This document shows positions 60,019 through 64,000 of a DNA stretch of 64,000 nt, piece after piece. Origin of the DNA: Gammaproteobacteria bacterium (GTDB taxonomy: Bacteria; Pseudomonadota; Gammaproteobacteria; SZUA-229). The notes under the pieces are model-generated. The model had not been told where the DNA came from, searched no databases, and worked only from the letters and a program-made list of their open reading frames with translations. Numbering within the stretch: position 1 is the stretch's first letter; each line of letters opens with the position of its first letter. The stretch is from positions 7,178 to 71,177 of the forward strand of contig JAOUKT010000009.1 of assembly GCA_029882395.1 (NCBI GenBank), written 5' to 3'. A program made the translations under genes and the position numbers.

Positions 60019-61629
60019 ATGGATTTTCAGTGGTTTACAATTGCGCTCGGTGATGCGACCTGGATCTCACTGGCATTTTTACTGGGATTTTTCGCTAAAC
60101 TCATCAAACTACCGCCTCTGGTAGGTTTTTTGGCAGCCGGTTTTGCACTTAACTACCTCGGTATAACCAGTGGCGACATGCTGCAAAAGCTGGCAGACCT
60201 TGGCATAACCCTGCTGCTGTTTACAGTTGGCCTTAAGCTTAACCTGCGTTTTCTTATCAGGCCGCAGATATGGGCCGTAACAGCCCTGCACACCAGCATC
60301 ACGGTGCTGCTTTTCGGCTCAGCTATCTTTGCGCTGTCCTTATCCGGTATCTCCGCCTTGTCGCAGTTAACCTTGCATAGCTCTTTGTTACTGGCTTTTG
60401 CGCTGAGTTTTTCAAGCACAGTTTTTGTTGTCAAATCACTGGAAGAAAAAGGCGATATGAAATCATTTCATGGTCGCATTTCAATCGGCATTCTGGTCAT
60501 GCAGGATCTGCTCGCGGTTATCTTTCTGGCAATATCTACAGCTAAACTGCCATCGCTCTGGGCTGCCCTGCTGTTTTTGCTGATACCATTGCGGCCTCTG
60601 CTCATGCATTTACTGCAAAAGACAGGGCACGGCGAGCTGCTTATTCTCTACGGTCTGGTTCTGGCTCTCGGAGGCGCCGAAGTATTTGCGCTAGGCGGTA
60701 TAAAAGATGACCTCGGCGCACTGATCATGGGTGTATTGATTTCTAACCATGCCAAATCTGCAGAACTTGCTAAATCAATGCTAGGGTTCAAGGATCTTTT
60801 TCTGGTCGGTTTTTTTCTTTCCATTGGCATGTCTGTCGAGGCCACACCGGAAGCACTGATTATTGGCGCCCTGCTAGCACCTTTTATACTGCTTAAATCA
60901 GCCCTCTTTTTTAGCCTGATGACGCTTTTCAAACTGCGCGCAAGAACCTCGCTGTTAACCAGCCTCAGTCTGACCAACTACAGTGAGTTTGGATTAATCA
61001 TTGCATCAATTGGCGTCAGCAGTGGCTGGATGGAAAGCAAATGGCTGGTTGTCATGGCGATTACACTGTCGCTTTCATTTGTAATAGCAGCACCGCTGAA
61101 CAGTATAGACAGCAAAATATATTATTATTTCAGACAGTTCTGGATGCGGTTTGAGCGTGCTCAACGGCTGCCAGATGACAAGATAATCGACACTCTGGGT
61201 GCAACCATCGCTATCTTTGGAATGGGCAGAGTCGGCAGTGGTGCTTATGATAAAATGCGCAAACTGCACGGCGAAACGCTGGTCGGTGTCGACTTCGATG
61301 CCGATCGCGTTAAAAGCCAGCAGGCGCTGGGCAGAAACGTAATCCACGGCGACCCCAGTGATGCTGACTTTTGGGAAAAAATAAAACTGGACCACCGCAT
61401 CAAACTTGTGATGTTAGCCTTGCCCAACCTGCAGGCAAACCTGGAAGCGCTGGCACAGCTAAAACTCATTACATTTAGCGGCAGGATCGCGACAATAGCA
61501 AGATTCCCTGACGAAGCAAGGCTACTGGAAGAGGCCGGTGCCAGCGCCGTTTTTAATATTTACACAGAAGCTGGAGCCGGTTTTGCTGAGCACGTCGAAG
61601 ATCAAAATAAACACTTTAAGCCAGCATAA
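60019..61629 (+). CDS. CPA2-family cation:proton antiporter with C-terminal RCK/TrkA-N domain (Kef/YbaL-like)
   Basis: 536 aa ORF with ~11 TM helices, then the Rossmann motif IAIFGMGRVGSGAY. Confidence 0.85.
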   Translation: MDFQWFTIALGDATWISLAFLLGFFAKLIKLPPLVGFLAAGFALNYLGITSGDMLQKLADLGITLLLFTVGLKLNLRFLIRPQIWAVTALHTSITVLLFGSAIFALSLSGISALSQLTLHSSLLLAFALSFSSTVFVVKSLEEKGDMKSFHGRISIGILVMQDLLAVIFLAISTAKLPSLWAALLFLLIPLRPLLMHLLQKTGHGELLILYGLVLALGGAEVFALGGIKDDLGALIMGVLISNHAKSAELAKSMLGFKDLFLVGFFLSIGMSVEATPEALIIGALLAPFILLKSALFFSLMTLFKLRARTSLLTSLSLTNYSEFGLIIASIGVSSGWMESKWLVVMAITLSLSFVIAAPLNSIDSKIYYYFRQFWMRFERAQRLPDDKIIDTLGATIAIFGMGRVGSGAYDKMRKLHGETLVGVDFDADRVKSQQALGRNVIHGDPSDADFWEKIKLDHRIKLVMLALPNLQANLEALAQLKLITFSGRIATIARFPDEARLLEEAGASAVFNIYTEAGAGFAEHVEDQNKHFKPA

Positions 61630-61645
61630 ACCTGAAGCAAAAGCT

Positions 61646-64000
61646 TTACTGCACACCCTCAATAATTCTCTGTTGCATGACAGTTAAAAGATCCAGCTGA
61701 TCCTCAATCTCGTCATAACCTTGTTTCATAATTAAAAATTCAATTTTCTGCGCAACTTCAGTGATCTTTAAAAATCCAAAATTACCACCCGTGCCTTTCA
61801 GATTATGCACCCTTGCTGACAACTCGTCCCAGTTTTCGTCTTTATATAAGCTTAATATTTCATCGAGCAACTCAGGCAATTTTTTTACAAAAATCAACAC
61901 CAGATCAATGGCACCTTCATCCTCTTCCAATAAAGCCGATGTCATCGCTTCAAGAGCCGGCTTTATTTCATCACTGGCGAGCAGATAGCGGCTCACTGTT
62001 TGATTAAATAAAAGCCGGTTAATCGGTTTTGCCAAAAATTCATTACAGCCTGCCTTGATATAGCCTTTAACGTCGTCTTCCATTGCGCTTGCCGTCAACG
62101 CTATCACCGGCAAATCCTGGTTATATTTTCTTAACTCATATACGGCTTCAAGCCCGCCCATGACAGGCATTTGCATATCCATCAGCACGGCATCATAATG
62201 ATTTTTTTCAATCGCCGCCAAAGCGTCTTTGCCATTTTCGACAATATCACAATCAGCGCCAATTCGGGTAAGATACAGTTTAATCAGTTTCTGATTATCC
62301 TCTATATCTTCAGCCACCAGCACCTTGCCCTTAAATTTGGCTTTAGAATTCGGCTTTTCTGCAATAGTTTTTATATTAGAACGCGTTTCCGGCACTTCAT
62401 ATATCAGCCCGTCAAGCGCTTCACATTGCATCATAAAAGCAAACTGGCTGCCAATTCCTTCGGTACTCTCGACGGTAATAGTTCCATTTAGCTGCTCTGC
62501 CAGTTTTTTAGATAAATACAGACCCAGACCGATGCCGCCATACTTTCTTGTCGTTGTTGCATCGGCCTGTTCGAATGCATCAAATACCGTTTTCATATCA
62601 GCCTTTGTCAGGCCGATACCCGTATCAACTATTTCAAAACAAATCTTATTGTTTTTACTTTCATAGGATACCGTCATAATCACTCTGCCTTGTTCGGTGA
62701 ATTTGACAGCATTAGCCAACAGGTTGATCAGTATTTGCCTTAGCCTGACAGCATCCGATTTAATCACGGCCGGTATGGGAAACAGATATTCAACACTGAA
62801 CGCCAGGTTTTTTTCAGACGCCTGCATTTCTGCAAACGCTTTTACTTCACTGATAAGGTGCCGCACATCCACCGGCAGATGTGCAACATCAGGTTTTTCA
62901 GAATCAATAATTGAAAAGTCGAGTATGCCATTGATAACATCGAGCAAATGTTTACCGCTACGGACAATGGTATTGATTGAGTCAATACGTGCACTCATTT
63001 CCTGATCACCGTCCAGTAGCGATTCAGAAAAACCAATGATCGAGGTTAACGGCGTTCGTATTTCATGGCTCATGTTTTCTATAAACGAGCTTTTAACGCG
63101 GCTCAGATTTTCCGCTCTCAGTTTTGCTTTTGTTAATTCCTTTTTCGACTGCACCACTGTTGCATTCATCATCATAAAACTATTAGCCAGCTCACCCAGC
63201 TCGTCATCATATCGATAGTTCAGGCTGCCAATATCACGCCCGGATGCAATCTCCTTGCTGGCTTTACTGATGCTGGAAACAGGGTTTAAAATATAACGCC
63301 GGAGCACAAAAATCATCAGCGACGCGGCGACAAACATTGATACCAATAATGTGAAAAACATCATTTTTACAAGCTCATTGCCGGCTTTATTGATCACATC
63401 TGCCGGCAACATAGCAATTAAATATAAATAGTCATTAATTTTTCTGACGTTATAGACCGAGTCATCATCCCAATACTCTTTGTAATTTGCAGAGCTGCTG
63501 GCGGTGATATTGATATCTTCATGTAAAATTTGTGAAATGCGCTCTTTACTCAGTGCTTTTTTATTATCAAATACGGCATCACCTTTCTGATTTACAAAAA
63601 ACACATCGCCACCATTAGCTATATGCTTGCCTCCGATGTGTTCTTTAAAATAAGCCAGGCTCATTGTCATCGATATATAGCCGAGGATATCTGAACCTGA
63701 CTCAGTGTCTTTAGCAGCTGACCTTACCGCTTTGGCAAAAAAAATGGCGTAATGATGATTGTCTGCGTTCAGATAACTATTTGAAAACACCGCTTTTGAA
63801 TTATTTATCTGCTTGTAAAAATCAAGCCTGGACTGTTCTTTTGCGATATCACGATGTCCGGCAGGCTCAAGCCCGGCAACTTCCCGGCCATCCACGCGTA
63901 ATACTTTTATCTCATCATATTCAGGGTAAACCGACTGGTACGCATCAAGCTCAGCGGCCAGCTTCGTCTTCAATGCTGCGCTGATATCATGACCTGCGGC
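61646..64000 (-). CDS. Hybrid sensor histidine kinase (periplasmic Cache-like, HAMP, HisKA, HATPase, REC, HPt); N-terminus beyond the right window edge
   Basis: H-box SHEIRTPLTSIIG, NLLANAVKF, DTGIGL, a receiver (DAVLMDMQMPVMGG ... AKP) and the HPt motif VHNLKGTGGNFG. The frame stays open through 64000. The track 'M' at 63973 is a TTG. Confidence 0.9.
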   Translation of the reverse strand, partial: AAGHDISAALKTKLAAELDAYQSVYPEYDEIKVLRVDGREVAGLEPAGHRDIAKEQSRLDFYKQINNSKAVFSNSYLNADNHHYAIFFAKAVRSAAKDTESGSDILGYISMTMSLAYFKEHIGGKHIANGGDVFFVNQKGDAVFDNKKALSKERISQILHEDINITASSSANYKEYWDDDSVYNVRKINDYLYLIAMLPADVINKAGNELVKMMFFTLLVSMFVAASLMIFVLRRYILNPVSSISKASKEIASGRDIGSLNYRYDDELGELANSFMMMNATVVQSKKELTKAKLRAENLSRVKSSFIENMSHEIRTPLTSIIGFSESLLDGDQEMSARIDSINTIVRSGKHLLDVINGILDFSIIDSEKPDVAHLPVDVRHLISEVKAFAEMQASEKNLAFSVEYLFPIPAVIKSDAVRLRQILINLLANAVKFTEQGRVIMTVSYESKNNKICFEIVDTGIGLTKADMKTVFDAFEQADATTTRKYGGIGLGLYLSKKLAEQLNGTITVESTEGIGSQFAFMMQCEALDGLIYEVPETRSNIKTIAEKPNSKAKFKGKVLVAEDIEDNQKLIKLYLTRIGADCDIVENGKDALAAIEKNHYDAVLMDMQMPVMGGLEAVYELRKYNQDLPVIALTASAMEDDVKGYIKAGCNEFLAKPINRLLFNQTVSRYLLASDEIKPALEAMTSALLEEDEGAIDLVLIFVKKLPELLDEILSLYKDENWDELSARVHNLKGTGGNFGFLKITEVAQKIEFLIMKQGYDEIEDQLDLLTVMQQRIIEGVQ

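Overview
This 64 kb window reads as a chromosomal segment of a moderate-GC gammaproteobacterium. Gene order resembles Pseudomonas, Oceanospirillales or Thiotrichales, but I cannot name the species and ran no database search. All calls rest on my own reading of the ORF translations and the DNA. Most of the window is conserved housekeeping synteny. It holds a minus-strand tkt-gap-pgk-pyk-fba carbon-metabolism cluster, then rpoD followed by a tRNA(CAU), and gpmI. Further blocks are a pilT-pilU block with an extra third paralogue, yggS-proC-yggT, metX-metW, mutY-yggX, moaC/moaDE, degP/Q-like protease, rlmA, fkpA, yicC, and rph-rdgB. Many signalling genes are interspersed: 6 histidine kinases (3 of them hybrid), an OmpR-type regulator, REC-PilZ, PAS-GGDEF-EAL, a PP2C phosphatase and a cNMP-binding protein. 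I saw no rRNA, CRISPR array, transposase, integrase, phage genes or recognisable defence genes. The less ordinary parts are listed here. (a) At 10.3-18.4 kb, downstream of the tRNA, there is a secreted vanadium-haloperoxidase-like enzyme, an orphan PP2C, and a two-component system with spondin_N and SPOR proteins. (b) At 46.3-53.8 kb there is a co-directional VolA-like lipase / FadL / thioesterase / acyl-CoA synthetase lipid-uptake string. (c) At 53.9-59.4 kb a hybrid kinase is followed by a transporter-HEAT fusion whose stop overlaps a stand-alone cyclic-nucleotide-binding protein. This is my best candidate for an uncharacterised system. (d) An identical bipartite 13+N7+13 structured motif sits in both long spacers flanking pgk. 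(e) Several intergenic heptanucleotide tandem repeats and a hairpin-rich 450-nt spacer could encode an sRNA. None of these is proven novel, and each needs HMM, BLAST or covariance-model searches that I could not run.
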